A DNA stretch of 64,000 bases, taken from the NCBI GenBank assembly GCA_031396695.1, contig JANNLG010000016.1, forward strand, positions 54,494 to 118,493, read 5' to 3'. The position numbers and the translations under genes are program-made. Of the stretch, positions 10,338-20,584 are shown one piece after another. Under the pieces are notes generated by a model. It saw only the letters and a list, made by a program, of their open reading frames with translations. It was not told the DNA's origin and did no database searches. Origin of the DNA: Deltaproteobacteria bacterium. GTDB lineage: Bacteria; Myxococcota_A; UBA9160; SZUA-336. Numbering within the stretch: position 1 is the stretch's first letter; the number at the start of each line of letters is the position of its first letter.

Positions 10338-11306
10338 ATGTCCACAGGCCGAATCGCCCGCATCCACATTTTCCACGGGATCTCGCGTGAGCTCTCCGAG
10401 GCGCTCGCGCGCCCGCTGCGCGCGCGGCTGCCCGACCGCGAGGTGCTGGTCTGGACGCACGAGGACGAACTGCGCGCGGGCATCGGCGAAATCGAGGCCT
10501 TGCTCGCGTTCCGGCCGCCGCGCGGGATCTGGGCCGGCGCGGCGCGCCTGCGGCTCTTCCAGATGATGGGCGCGGGTGTGGACGCCCTGTTGCCGGCTCC
10601 CGATCTCCCCGCAGCGGTGCGGATCGCGAACGCGCGCGGCATCCACGGCCCGCACATGAGCGAGTTCGCGCTCGCCATGGTGCTCGCGCTCGCCAAGCGC
10701 GTGCCGCGCGCGCTCGAGCAGAGCCGCGACCGGCTCTGGAAACCGTACGGGGTCGACACCATCGCGGGTCGGACGCTCGCGATCCTGGGCCTGGGCTCGA
10801 TCGGCGCAGCCGTCGCGGAGCTGGCGAGCCGGCTCGGCATGCACGTGGTCGGCACGCAGCGCGAGCCCAAGCCCATCCCGCACGTGGCCGAGATCGTGCG
10901 GCCCGAGAGCACCGAGCAGGTGCTGCGCGAGGCCGACTTCGTGGTCGTGCTGCTGCCGCTCACGCCCGAGACGCGCGGGGCGCTCGGCGCGCGCGAGCTC
11001 GCGTGGCTGAAGCCGACTGCGTACCTGATCAACCTGGCGCGCGGCGGAATCGTGGACGAGGACGCGCTCGCCGACGCGCTGCGTTCCGGACGCCTCGCCG
11101 GCGCCGCGCTCGACGTGTTCGCCGAGGAGCCGCTGCCCGCGTCGAGTCCGCTGTGGAGCGCCCCGAACACGATCCTGACGCCGCACGTCGCGGGGCTCGG
11201 GCCCGGCTACATGGAGCGGCTCACGGAGATCTTCGCCGAGAACCTGGACCGGATCGAGAACGACCTGCCGCTCCGCAACGAAGTCGATCGCGCGCGCGGC
11301 TACTGA
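10338..11306 (+). CDS. D-isomer-specific 2-hydroxyacid dehydrogenase family protein
   Basis: NAD-binding GLGSIGAAVAE, and LINLARGGIVDEDAL with the catalytic region. Confidence 0.75.
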   Translation: MSTGRIARIHIFHGISRELSEALARPLRARLPDREVLVWTHEDELRAGIGEIEALLAFRPPRGIWAGAARLRLFQMMGAGVDALLPAPDLPAAVRIANARGIHGPHMSEFALAMVLALAKRVPRALEQSRDRLWKPYGVDTIAGRTLAILGLGSIGAAVAELASRLGMHVVGTQREPKPIPHVAEIVRPESTEQVLREADFVVVLLPLTPETRGALGARELAWLKPTAYLINLARGGIVDEDALADALRSGRLAGAALDVFAEEPLPASSPLWSAPNTILTPHVAGLGPGYMERLTEIFAENLDRIENDLPLRNEVDRARGY

Positions 11307-11341
11307 TGTAGACGAGCACGGCTGCACACGAGGAGTGAACG

Positions 11342-12130
11342 ATGAGGCTGGCCGGAAAGCGCGCGCTGGTGACGGGAGCCGCCAGCGGAATCGGGCGCGC
11401 GAGCGCGATCTTGTTCGCGAGCGAGGGCGCGCGCGTGCTGGCCGTGGACATGGCCGAGGACGGTCTCGCGGGCACGCGCGAAGAGATCGAGAAGCAGGGC
11501 GGCACGTGTCTGACCCGACGCGCAGATGTGTCGGATGAAGACACCGTGCGCGAGCTGGTCGCGACCGCCCGGCGCGAGCTCGGCGGCCTCGAGGTCTGCT
11601 ACGCGAACGCGGGCGTTTCCGGCGGGCTGGTGCCGTTCTTCGAACTCTCCGCCAGCGAATGGGAGCGCGTGCTGCGCGTGAACCTGATCGGCCCGTTCCT
11701 CGCCATCAAGTACGCCGCGCCTGCCATGCGCGACGCGGGCGGCGGCTCGATCCTCTGCACCGCTTCGGTCGCGGGTCTGCGCTCGGGCGCGGGCGGCAGC
11801 GCGTACAGCGCGAGCAAGGCGGGCGTGATCTCGCTGGTGCAAACGGCCGCCAACCAGCTCGTCGGCACGAACGTGCGCGTGAACGCGATCTGCCCCGGAC
11901 TGATCGAGACCGGCATGACCCGTCCCATGTTCGAGCTGGCGCGCGAGCGCGGCAGCGAGAAGAAGATCGGTCAGCTCAACCCGCTGAAGCGCGCCGGACA
12001 GCCGATCGAGATCGCGCGCATGGCGCTGTTCCTCGCCAGCGACGACGCCAGCTACGTGAACGGCCAGGCGTTCGCGGTCGACGGCGGGCTCTCGTCGAGT
12101 CACCCGTTCGTGCCCGGGCGACTCGCCTGA
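11342..12130 (+). CDS. SDR family oxidoreductase
   Basis: [12 protein letters not shown] Rossmann motif, YSASKAG catalytic tetrad. Confidence 0.8.
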   Translation: MRLAGKRALVTGAASGIGRASAILFASEGARVLAVDMAEDGLAGTREEIEKQGGTCLTRRADVSDEDTVRELVATARRELGGLEVCYANAGVSGGLVPFFELSASEWERVLRVNLIGPFLAIKYAAPAMRDAGGGSILCTASVAGLRSGAGGSAYSASKAGVISLVQTAANQLVGTNVRVNAICPGLIETGMTRPMFELARERGSEKKIGQLNPLKRAGQPIEIARMALFLASDDASYVNGQAFAVDGGLSSSHPFVPGRLA

Positions 12131-12142
12131 TCGAGCGCGCGC

Positions 12143-13780
12143 TCACTCGCCCTTGAACTCGACGCCCATGATCACCTTGCCCTTGCCCTTCCATTCCTTC
12201 TCGCGCAGCCGGAACTTCTGGATCTTGCCGGTCGCTGTCTTGGGCAGGTCGCCGAATTCGATCGCCTTCGGGCACTTGAACGCCGCGAGCAGCTCCTTCG
12301 TGAAGGCGATGATCTCGTCGGCGGTCGCCTTGGCGCCGGGCTTGAGCGTGACGAACGCCTTCGGAACCTCGCCCCACTTCTCGTGCGGCATCGACACGAC
12401 CGCGCACTCGAGCACCGCGGGGTGCTTCACGATCGTGTTCTCGACTTCGATCGTGGAGATGTTCTCGCCGCCCGAGATGATGATGTCCTTCGAGCGGTCG
12501 CGCAGCTCGATGTAGCCGTCCGGGTGCATCACGCCGACGTCGCCGGAATGGAACCAACCGCCGCTGAACGCCTTCGCGGTCGCCTCGGGGTCGTTGTAGT
12601 AGCCACGCATCAGGTTGTTTCCGCGCATCACCATCTCGCCCATGGTCTGCCCGTCGGCGGGAACGTCGGCCATCTGCTCGTCGACGACGCGCAGGTACAC
12701 GGCGTGCGGGTACGGCACGCCCTGGCGCGACATCATCTTCGCGCGGGCGGAGGTTTCGAGCTTCTCCCAACCGTCCTGGATCTCGCAGATCACGTGCGGA
12801 CCGTAGGTCTCGGTGAGCCCGTACAGGTGGGTGATCTTCACGCCGAGCTTCTCCATCTGCTCGAGTAGCGTCGGCGACGGCGGCGCGCCGCCCGTGCAGG
12901 TGTGGATCGGCGGATCGAAGTGCTTGCCCTGCGCGGCCGGGTCACTCGCCAGCATCAAGAGCACCGTCGGCGCGCCGTTCAGGTGCGTGATGCCTTCCTC
13001 GTCGATCAGGCGGAACAGCTCGGGCGGATCGACCTTGCGCAGGCAGATGTGCTTGCCCGACGCGCCGGTGAAGGCCCACGGCATGCACCAACCGTTGCAG
13101 TGGAACATGGGCACCGTCCAGACCAGCGTCGAGCTCTTGCCGAGACCGAGTACACCGATTTGGTTCACCGCGTTCAGGTACGCGCCGCGGTGCGTGAACA
13201 TCACGCCCTTGGGCATGCCGGTCGTGCCCGAGGTGTAGTTGATCGAGATCACGTCCTCTTCGTCCTGCACGGTGTTCTCGATCGGCAGCACCGGCGCGCC
13301 GGCGGCGAACGTGTGCCAGGCGAGCTTGCCGGGGCGTGCGGCGACGAAGCCGTCGGGAATCTCGATCACCTGCTGCAGCGCCCGGCGTTCGGGCAGGATC
13401 GCATCGAGCGGCGGCGCCAGCTCCGGATCGACCAAGAGCAGCTTCGCGCCGCAGTGATCGAGGATGTACGCGATCTCCGCCGCGGCCAGGCGCGTGTTGA
13501 TCGAGACCAGCGGCGCGCCGAGCAGCGGCATCGCGAAGTGCGCGACCAGATGTGCGGGCGTGTTCGGCGCGAGCACGGCCACGCGATCGCCGTGGCCTAC
13601 ACCGGCGCGGCGCAGCGCCCCCGCCATGCGTCCGACCTCTTCCGCGAACTGTGCGTAGCTCCAGCGCAGCTTGCCGTGCACCACCGCTTCTCGGTTCGGA
13701 AACACGCGCGCGGTGCGCATCAGCATGACCAACGGCGTGAGAGGATCCGTCCATACGTTCGCGTGTGGCTTGGCCGACAT
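12143..13780 (-). CDS. Acyl-CoA synthetase / AMP-binding enzyme
   Basis: YTSGTTGMPKGV AMP-binding motif; 545 aa; RBS AAGGGAGAAA upstream. Confidence 0.8.
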   Translation of the reverse strand: MSAKPHANVWTDPLTPLVMLMRTARVFPNREAVVHGKLRWSYAQFAEEVGRMAGALRRAGVGHGDRVAVLAPNTPAHLVAHFAMPLLGAPLVSINTRLAAAEIAYILDHCGAKLLLVDPELAPPLDAILPERRALQQVIEIPDGFVAARPGKLAWHTFAAGAPVLPIENTVQDEEDVISINYTSGTTGMPKGVMFTHRGAYLNAVNQIGVLGLGKSSTLVWTVPMFHCNGWCMPWAFTGASGKHICLRKVDPPELFRLIDEEGITHLNGAPTVLLMLASDPAAQGKHFDPPIHTCTGGAPPSPTLLEQMEKLGVKITHLYGLTETYGPHVICEIQDGWEKLETSARAKMMSRQGVPYPHAVYLRVVDEQMADVPADGQTMGEMVMRGNNLMRGYYNDPEATAKAFSGGWFHSGDVGVMHPDGYIELRDRSKDIIISGGENISTIEVENTIVKHPAVLECAVVSMPHEKWGEVPKAFVTLKPGAKATADEIIAFTKELLAAFKCPKAIEFGDLPKTATGKIQKFRLREKEWKGKGKVIMGVEFKGE

Positions 13781-13796
13781 CGTTTCTCCCTTCGCC

Positions 13797-14615
13797 TCAG
13801 GCTTTGAAGCGCTCGGCGGCTTCGTAGCGGGCTTCGAGCCCGACCAGTGCCGTGAATTCGTCGAAGCCCAGCTTGCTGCGCGTCTCGTCGGGCGCGACGC
13901 CCGTCTTCAAAAGCTCCGCGAACGCGCGCTCGAGCGCGCGCGACGCCGACAGCAGCCCGGTGAGCGGATAGACCACGTACTCGAAGCCGAGCTCGGCCAG
14001 CTCCGAGGCGCCGAGGATCGGCGTCTTGCCGCCCTCGACCATGTTCGCCATCAGCGGACCCGGAACCTCGCGACCGATGCGCACGAGCTCCTCGCGCGAC
14101 AGCGGCGCCTCGACGAAGATCCAATCCGCGCCCGCCTCGCGGTACAGGCGCCCGCGCCGGATCGCTTCGTCGAGTCCGAGCGGAGCGCGCGCGTCGGTGC
14201 GACCCAAGATCGTGAACGAGGCGCTGCCGCGCGCCTCGACCGCGGCGCGGATCTTCTGCACGTGCTCCTCGGCGGGAATCACTTCCTTGCCGCGCATGTG
14301 CCCGCAGCGCTTGGGCCAGACCTGGTCTTCGAGCAGCATCCCCGCGGCTCCGATCGCGATCAGCTCGCGCACCACGCGCTGCACGTTCAGCGGTCCGCCG
14401 TGGCCCGTGTCGCCGTCGACGATCACCGGAACGCGCACGGCGCGCACGATGTTTCGCGCGGTCGCGAGCATTTCCGTCTGCGTGAGCAGGCCGAAGTCCG
14501 GCTCGCCGAGCTGCGTGCCGGCGACGGCGAAGCCCGACACGAACAAGAGCTCGAAGCCGGCGCGCTCCGCGAGCTTCGCCGAGAGCGCGTCCCATACACC
14601 GACCGAGAGCGTCAC
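13797..14615 (-). CDS. Isocitrate lyase/PEP mutase family protein (PrpB/methylisocitrate-lyase-like)
   Basis: C-terminal ~270 aa of the 13797..15734 ORF: VPVIVDGDTGHGGPLNV, LEDQVWPKRCGHMRGK, ILGRTDA. Start taken as the GTG overlapping the upstream TGA (GTGA); it could lie a few codons upstream. Confidence 0.6.
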   Translation of the reverse strand: MTLSVGVWDALSAKLAERAGFELLFVSGFAVAGTQLGEPDFGLLTQTEMLATARNIVRAVRVPVIVDGDTGHGGPLNVQRVVRELIAIGAAGMLLEDQVWPKRCGHMRGKEVIPAEEHVQKIRAAVEARGSASFTILGRTDARAPLGLDEAIRRGRLYREAGADWIFVEAPLSREELVRIGREVPGPLMANMVEGGKTPILGASELAELGFEYVVYPLTGLLSASRALERAFAELLKTGVAPDETRSKLGFDEFTALVGLEARYEAAERFKA

Positions 14616-15940
14616 GAAAGCCCTCGGGCCAGCTCGCGCACGTCGGCGTGCTTCTCGAGCGAGTCGATCGCTTCGATGAGCGCACGCGCGCGCGCGGCGC
14701 CGAGCGCGGGCTCGAGACAGAGCTGCGCCTTCGCCACGCGCTGCTCGTGGCTGAGCGGGTTCTGCGGGTTGCCACGCGCGATGCGCACCGTCTCTCGCGC
14801 GCGCGTGCCGTCCGCGAACACGAGCTCGACCTGCTCGTCGGCCGAGCGCGATTCGCGCACCGCCACGCGCCGCAGCAGCGCCTGCACATCGTCCGAGCTC
14901 GCGCGCGCGTCGGCGAAGGCGCCGAGCCCGGGCCAGCCGTCGAGCCAGGCGATCGCGACACAATATTGGAGCGAGAACTTCCCCTCGAGGCCCGTGCTCG
15001 GCTCGTCGTAGATCAGGATCTTCAGCCCGAGCCGATCGCTCGCGCACTCGATCGCACGCAGCTCGCGGCCCGCGTGCTTCTCGCGCAAGCAGAGCACCGC
15101 GTCGATCGCGCGGTGCGTGAAACGGCACGACGGATAGGGCTTCAACTCCACGCCCGGCCGCTCGAGCGCGAAGCCGTCGTCGAGATCTGGCAGCGCGAAC
15201 GGCACCGCGCCGCCGTACAGATCCGCGAGACCCATCTTCATCTCGAGGCCGTCCTCGCGCGCGGTCAGGCCGCGCTTCGCCAGCTCGGCGGCTTCGAGCC
15301 CGGCGCGCGCGGCCAGTCCCGCGTGCAGCGGCTTGGCGTCGGTGCCGAAATTCGCGCGCGTGCCGGACGCACGCGAGACCGCGATCCCGAAGGCTCGGCG
15401 CAAGCCCGCTTCGTCGAGCCCGAGCAGCACGGCCGACGCCGCCGTGGCGCCGAACACGCCCATCGTCGAGGTCGCGTGCCAGCCGCGCTCGTAGTGCGGC
15501 GTGCCGAGCGCCTGACCGAGCCGCGCCTCGACCTCGAAGCCGACCACGTACGCGCGCAGGAGCTGCTCGCCCGTGGCGCCCACCGTCTCGGCGCACGCGA
15601 ACGCCGCGGGCAAGAGCGGCACGGTCGGGTGGCCGTTCATCGCCCACGACACGTCGTCGAAGTCGAGCGCGTGTGCGGCCGTGCCGTTCACGAGCGCGGC
15701 GAGCGCAGGCGACACGCGCTCGCCGGTCCCCCACAGCGTCGCGCGCGGGTGCGATCCCTGCTCGAGCGCGAAGCCACGCAGCTCTCGCGTCACGCGCTCG
15801 TCGCGGCCCGCCACCGCGCAGGCCAGACCGTCCAGGATCGCCGCGCGCGCACTCGCGCGCACCGTTTCGGGGACGCGATCGAGCGACAGCCCGAGCGCAA
15901 ATCGCGCCAGCCGCGCGGTCTCGCTCGTCGGCTCGCTCAT
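14612..15940 (-). CDS. MmgE/PrpD family protein (2-methylcitrate dehydratase-like)
   Basis: 442 aa; PrpD-like HALDFDD, PTVPLLPAAFA and other conserved segments. Confidence 0.75.
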   Translation of the reverse strand: MSEPTSETARLARFALGLSLDRVPETVRASARAAILDGLACAVAGRDERVTRELRGFALEQGSHPRATLWGTGERVSPALAALVNGTAAHALDFDDVSWAMNGHPTVPLLPAAFACAETVGATGEQLLRAYVVGFEVEARLGQALGTPHYERGWHATSTMGVFGATAASAVLLGLDEAGLRRAFGIAVSRASGTRANFGTDAKPLHAGLAARAGLEAAELAKRGLTAREDGLEMKMGLADLYGGAVPFALPDLDDGFALERPGVELKPYPSCRFTHRAIDAVLCLREKHAGRELRAIECASDRLGLKILIYDEPSTGLEGKFSLQYCVAIAWLDGWPGLGAFADARASSDDVQALLRRVAVRESRSADEQVELVFADGTRARETVRIARGNPQNPLSHEQRVAKAQLCLEPALGAARARALIEAIDSLEKHADVRELARGLS

Positions 15941-16012
15941 CGGGTCCCTTCCGTCGCCATGCCGCGCAGTTGACCGCGAGGCGACGCGGGGGTCAAGTAT
16001 GCGTTCCGACGC

Positions 16013-16678
16013 CTACTTGCGCAGGATCGTCGGCGCGATCTCGCGCGGGTGTTCGAGCAGGAATTCCGCGCCCGCCGCAATCAGCTCCTCGCGCCCGCGC
16101 AGCCCCCAGCCGCAGCCGATCGTGCGCGCGCCGGCCGCGAGGCCTGTTTCTACGTCGATCGCGCTGTCGCCGACCATCCAGACATCGGCATCTCGGCTGC
16201 CGAGCCGCTCGAGCACGTGCACGAGCACGGCCGGGTCGGGCTTGCGGATCGAGAGCGTGTCGCCGCCCAGCACCGCGCCGAACACCGACTTCAGCCCGAG
16301 GCCGTCGATGATCCGATGCAGGAAGCGCGCGGGCTTGTTCGAAAGCACAGCCAGCGTTTCGCCCGAAAGCGCTTCCAGGCATTGCCCCATGCCCGGGTAT
16401 AGATCGGTGGTGTCGAGACAGCAGCGGTCGTAGTGCGAGCGAAAACGCTCGTAGTGCGACTCGAGTCGCTCGGGCGCGCGCTCTTGCTCGGGCAGCGCGT
16501 TCGCGAGCAGCTTGAGCGCGCCGTCTCCGATCCAGGCTTTCACCTGGGGTCCCTCGACCGGCGCGAGACCCGCGTCTGCGAGCGTGCGATTGAGCGCCGC
16601 CGCAAGATCGCGCCAGGTGTCGGCGAGCGTGCCGTCGAAGTCGAAGATCACGACGCGGCCGGACCGGGAATGCCCCAT
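16013..16678 (-). CDS. HAD family hydrolase (phosphoglycolate phosphatase-like)
   Basis: VVIFDFDGTLADT motif I within the 16013..17113 ORF. Start ATG at 16678 (MGHSRSGRVVIFDFDG). Confidence 0.65.
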   Translation of the reverse strand: MGHSRSGRVVIFDFDGTLADTWRDLAAALNRTLADAGLAPVEGPQVKAWIGDGALKLLANALPEQERAPERLESHYERFRSHYDRCCLDTTDLYPGMGQCLEALSGETLAVLSNKPARFLHRIIDGLGLKSVFGAVLGGDTLSIRKPDPAVLVHVLERLGSRDADVWMVGDSAIDVETGLAAGARTIGCGWGLRGREELIAAGAEFLLEHPREIAPTILRK

Positions 16679-16787
16679 CGGGCACAGACTAGGGCTAGCC
16701 CGCTTTGCGCGCGAGATCCTCGGTGGTAGCCTCAGCAAACTCCGGGTTTGAGGCCAAGGCTTTGTACGGAAAGGGAATTTCCCGCCA

Positions 16788-18125
16788 GTGATCTTCCCGC
16801 TGCGATTCAAGCTCGCGATCCTGTCGAGCGTCCTCCTGGTCGGCGCGATCGGCACCATCTCGCTCGTGGTGCTGGAGCGCAGCGCGCAGGCGCTGGCCGA
16901 CGAGGCCGGCAAGCGCGCGATCGTCCTGGCCGAGCAGCTCGCCCGCAACGCGCGCGAGCCGCTCCTGCTCGAGGACGACCTGACGCTCTCGCAGCTGCTC
17001 GAGACGGTCTCGGAGGAGTCCGAGGTCACCGTCACGCGCGTGCTCGACAAGAGCGGGCGCGTGATCGCCTCGTCGCGTCCCGACGACGTGGCGCAGCGCG
17101 ACCGCCTGACCACCGATCAGGAGCTCGCCACGCGGCCGAGCGGAGGCGTGCTGGTGGTGGCCGCGCGCATGACGTACCGCGAGCTCGACATCGGCGAGGC
17201 GCAGGTCGCGCTCGACGTCGATGCCGTCACGGGCCGTGTGATCCGAGCAGCGCGCCGCCAGGTCCTGGTCGCGGCCGGCATCCTGCTCGCGATCGGTCTC
17301 GCGATCGCGTTCGTCGTGTCCGGAATCCTGTCCCGCCCGCTGCGCCAGCTGCGCCTGGCGGTGAACGCGCTCGCCGCGGGCGACTTGTCGGCGCGCGTGC
17401 AGCCCACCTCGCGCGACGAGATCGGCGTGCTCGCGCGCGCCTTCAACGAGATGAGCGAGAGCCTGGGCGAGAAGCGCCGCATCGAGACGGCGTTCCGCCG
17501 CTACGTCTCCGACCACGTGCTGCGCGAGGTGATCGACTCGCCCGAATCGATCCACCTGAAGGGCGAGCTGCGCGAGGTCTCGGTGATCTACCTCGACATC
17601 CGCAAGTTCACGCGGCTGACCGGCACGATCGGACCGGAACGGACGGTCGCGTTCCTGAACGAGTGCTTCGATCTGATCACGGGGCGGCTGCTCGAGCACG
17701 GCGCCACGGTCGACAAGTACATCGGCGACGCGATCCTCGCCTACCTCGGCGCGCCGATCGAGACCGATGATCACGCGCAGCGCGCGGTCGCCGCAGCGAT
17801 CGCGGTGCAACGCGCGATCCACGAGCGGAACCGCCGCTGCGAGGCCACCGGCCAGCCGTTCGTGCGGCTCGAAGTCGGCATCGGCATCGAGACCGGCCCC
17901 GTGGTCGTAGGCAACATCGGTTCGGAGCTGAAGATGGACTACACCGCGATCGGCGAGCCCGTGAACGTCGCGAACCGGCTGCAGTCGCTCGCGGGCCCTG
18001 GCCAGATCAAGATCACCGGCGAGGTGCGCGACCGCATTGGCGAGCTGGTCGACGTGAAGGCCGAAGGTACGCGCATGCTCGAGGGGGTCGATCACCCCAT
18101 CGAGGTCTACGAAGTCCTCTACTAG
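16788..18125 (+). CDS. Adenylate/guanylate cyclase with two TM helices, periplasmic sensor and HAMP domain
   Basis: GTG start; N-terminal TM helix; HAMP (IGVLARAFNEMSESL); class III cyclase domain (VSVIYLDIRKFT..., YIGDAILAYLGAP). Confidence 0.75.
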   Translation: MIFPLRFKLAILSSVLLVGAIGTISLVVLERSAQALADEAGKRAIVLAEQLARNAREPLLLEDDLTLSQLLETVSEESEVTVTRVLDKSGRVIASSRPDDVAQRDRLTTDQELATRPSGGVLVVAARMTYRELDIGEAQVALDVDAVTGRVIRAARRQVLVAAGILLAIGLAIAFVVSGILSRPLRQLRLAVNALAAGDLSARVQPTSRDEIGVLARAFNEMSESLGEKRRIETAFRRYVSDHVLREVIDSPESIHLKGELREVSVIYLDIRKFTRLTGTIGPERTVAFLNECFDLITGRLLEHGATVDKYIGDAILAYLGAPIETDDHAQRAVAAAIAVQRAIHERNRRCEATGQPFVRLEVGIGIETGPVVVGNIGSELKMDYTAIGEPVNVANRLQSLAGPGQIKITGEVRDRIGELVDVKAEGTRMLEGVDHPIEVYEVLY

Positions 18126-18140
18126 GAACGGCTCGAGCCC

Positions 18141-19289
18141 ATGGTCCCGCGCCGGCGAGTAGAGGGACGCGCGGCTTCGGGTAACATCCGCGCAGTGCGG
18201 CGGATTGGAATTGCGCTCGGTTGCGCGCTGCTTGCAACGCTTTCGGGCTGCGCGAGTCCGTACGAGCATGGCGATCGCTTGTACAGTCAGGGCGATGTAG
18301 CCGGCGCACTCGCGGCGTGGCGCGAGATCCCGCCGAAGAGTGGCGAGTACGCGCGCGCGCACGCGCGGCTCGAAACGGTGGAAGCCGAGCTCGCGAGCTC
18401 GCTCGCGCGCTACGAGAAGCGCGCGGAGTTCTTCGAGGACGAAGGACGCCTGTCCGAGGCGGTGCTGTACTACCGGCTCGCGCTGAAGCTCGATCCCGAC
18501 CGGCCGCAGACGCTCGCGCGCACGCAGTCGCTGTACCGCGAGCTGCGCGCGAAGGAAGCGGACGAGCGTGAGCGGCTCGCGGCGGCGCTCGCGGCGGGCA
18601 GCCTGCGCGAGGCGAACCAGAGCGCCGAGCACCTGCAGCGGCTCGACCCGTTCGATCCCGCGATCCAGATCGAGCTGCGTCAGGTGCGCGCGGAGACCGG
18701 CGCTCAGGTGCTGCGATTTCTCGAGGACGGCAAGCGCGCGTATGCACTCGGCGATCGCACGGGCGCGCGCACCGCGTTCGAGCACGTGCTCGAGCTCGAC
18801 GGCGAGAACGAGGCCGCGCTCGGCTACCTGTCGTACCTGAAGCGTTACGACGAGGGCGTCGCGGCGCAGACGCTGCAGCCGCAGCCGAGCGACCGCCGCC
18901 CCGCGCGCGTCGCCGCGGTGCTGCCGCCGCCTTCGGTGTCGTCGGAGGAGATCCTCGCCGAGGGACGCTACCGATCCGGCCGGTCCGCCGAAGCCGCGGG
19001 CGACCCGTACCGCGCGATCCGCGACTTCCAGGAGGCGCTGCGCATCGACCCGAAGCACGCGCCCGCGCGGCGCAGACTCACGGAGCTGCGCGCGGAGCTC
19101 GCACCGCGCGTGCCCGGGCTCTACGAACAGGGCAAGCGCTACTTCCAGGACGAGGATCTCGAGAAGGCGCTCGTGGTATGGCGCAACGCGCTCCTGATCG
19201 CGCCCGACGACCAGCGCACCAGGGAAAACGTCGATCGCGCGGAGCGCATCCTGTCGCGGCTCGAGGAGATCCAGACCCGTGGCCCGTGA
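18141..19289 (+). CDS. TPR repeat lipoprotein
   Basis: Lipobox LSGCAS; several TPR-like repeats (YYRLALKLDPDRPQ, ALRIDPKHAPARRRL). The true start may be an internal GTG near 18195. Confidence 0.55.
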   Translation: MVPRRRVEGRAASGNIRAVRRIGIALGCALLATLSGCASPYEHGDRLYSQGDVAGALAAWREIPPKSGEYARAHARLETVEAELASSLARYEKRAEFFEDEGRLSEAVLYYRLALKLDPDRPQTLARTQSLYRELRAKEADERERLAAALAAGSLREANQSAEHLQRLDPFDPAIQIELRQVRAETGAQVLRFLEDGKRAYALGDRTGARTAFEHVLELDGENEAALGYLSYLKRYDEGVAAQTLQPQPSDRRPARVAAVLPPPSVSSEEILAEGRYRSGRSAEAAGDPYRAIRDFQEALRIDPKHAPARRRLTELRAELAPRVPGLYEQGKRYFQDEDLEKALVVWRNALLIAPDDQRTRENVDRAERILSRLEEIQTRGP

Positions 19290-20559
19290 TCCCCGCGCGC
19301 TCGCGCTACTGCTCGTCGCCATCTGCGCGCTCGCCTGCGCGAGCACCACCGACCGGATCGCGGAGCGTCTCTTCGCGCGCGATCAGCCGCTGGTCTTCGA
19401 TCGCGGCTCGCGCCTGCTTCCGCCCGAGGGACTGCGCGTGACTTCGAACCAGGATCGACAGGTCGCGCTCGCCTGGGATCCCGTGCTGGTCGGCGATGTC
19501 GCGGGCTACACGATCCTGCGCGCGAAGGGCAGCGGCGAGGAGCCGTACGCGCGCGTCGGCATCACCAAGTCGCGCTTCGGCACCGTCTTCACCGACACGG
19601 GCGCAAGCGCGGGGGCGCTGGGCGACGGCCAGACCTACACGTACCGCGTGCACCCGTACGACACCAAAGGGCGTATCTCGCGCAGCCACGCCGCGCTGCT
19701 CGCGACCACGGAGCCCAAGCCGGACGTGCCGGACGGACTGCAGGTGTACTCGAACCTGCCGCGCAGCGCCGTGCTCTCATGGAGGCCGAGCGACGCGACG
19801 GCGGTCTCGGGCTACGCGATCTACCGGAGCCCCACGATGGCCGGCCCCTGGGAGCGCGTGACCTTCGTCGACGGACGACTCAATACGGTGTACGAGGACA
19901 CGGTACCCGGCGACCTGCGCGTGATGTACTACCGGATCGCCGCGGTGAATCGCTTCGGCGGCGAGAGCGAGCCGACCGAGCAACCGATCCGCGCGGTGAC
20001 GAAGGCCGAGCCGCTGCCGCCGATCGGTCTCGAGGCGAGCGCGGCGAGCCTGGGCCGCGCGGATCTGCGCTGGGCGCCGAACGTGGAGCCGGACTTGGCG
20101 AGCTACGAGGTCTGGCGCGCGCTGGCCAACGGCGCGGGCTACGGCGAAGAGCTGCAGATCGCGGAGGTTCCGGCCGGAACCACGGAGCTCGTCGACGACG
20201 CGCTCGGCTGCGGCGAGAGCGCGCGCTATCGCCTGCGCGCGACCGACGCCGACGCGCTCGTGAGCCTGCCGTCCGAGCCGCTCGAGGTGCAGGGTGCCAA
20301 CGCCGGGCTCTCGATCGAGCGCCGGGACGGCGCGCTGGTCGTGTCCTGGGATCCGGCGCGCGCCGGCGACTGGACGGGCGCGCGCGTGGCCGAGGTACGC
20401 AGCGCGCTGCCGGATCGGGAGCTCGCGATCGTGTCAGCGGGGAACGAAGTGGTGCTCCCCGATCTCGGCGCGGGGACGGAGATTCGGGTCACGTTCTTGC
20501 GCACCGAGGCCGGTACCGCGCTGTCCGAGGCCGCTCCCTGTCGGCTTGTCGTCCCCTGA
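19279..20559 (+). CDS. Fibronectin type III repeat lipoprotein
   Basis: Signal/lipobox LLVAICALACAS; four FN3-like repeats (ALAWDPV...GYTILRA, LSWRPSD...GYAIYRS, LRWAPNVEPDLASYEVWRA, VSWDPARAGDWTGARV). Confidence 0.55.
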   Translation: MARDPRALALLLVAICALACASTTDRIAERLFARDQPLVFDRGSRLLPPEGLRVTSNQDRQVALAWDPVLVGDVAGYTILRAKGSGEEPYARVGITKSRFGTVFTDTGASAGALGDGQTYTYRVHPYDTKGRISRSHAALLATTEPKPDVPDGLQVYSNLPRSAVLSWRPSDATAVSGYAIYRSPTMAGPWERVTFVDGRLNTVYEDTVPGDLRVMYYRIAAVNRFGGESEPTEQPIRAVTKAEPLPPIGLEASAASLGRADLRWAPNVEPDLASYEVWRALANGAGYGEELQIAEVPAGTTELVDDALGCGESARYRLRATDADALVSLPSEPLEVQGANAGLSIERRDGALVVSWDPARAGDWTGARVAEVRSALPDRELAIVSAGNEVVLPDLGAGTEIRVTFLRTEAGTALSEAAPCRLVVP

Positions 20560-20584
20560 TTTATCCGTAGACTGAGCCACCCAT

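Noticed and set aside
14616-15734. Upstream 370 codons of ORF 13797..15734 (-)
   Set aside because: Shadow over the PrpD/MmgE gene (other frame). Only the C-terminal PEP-mutase/ICL-family domain is real.
16695-19349. 884-aa minus-strand ORF
   Set aside because: Antisense shadow of the cyclase/TPR genes. It has an Arg/Leu/Ala-rich low-complexity translation with no domain signatures.
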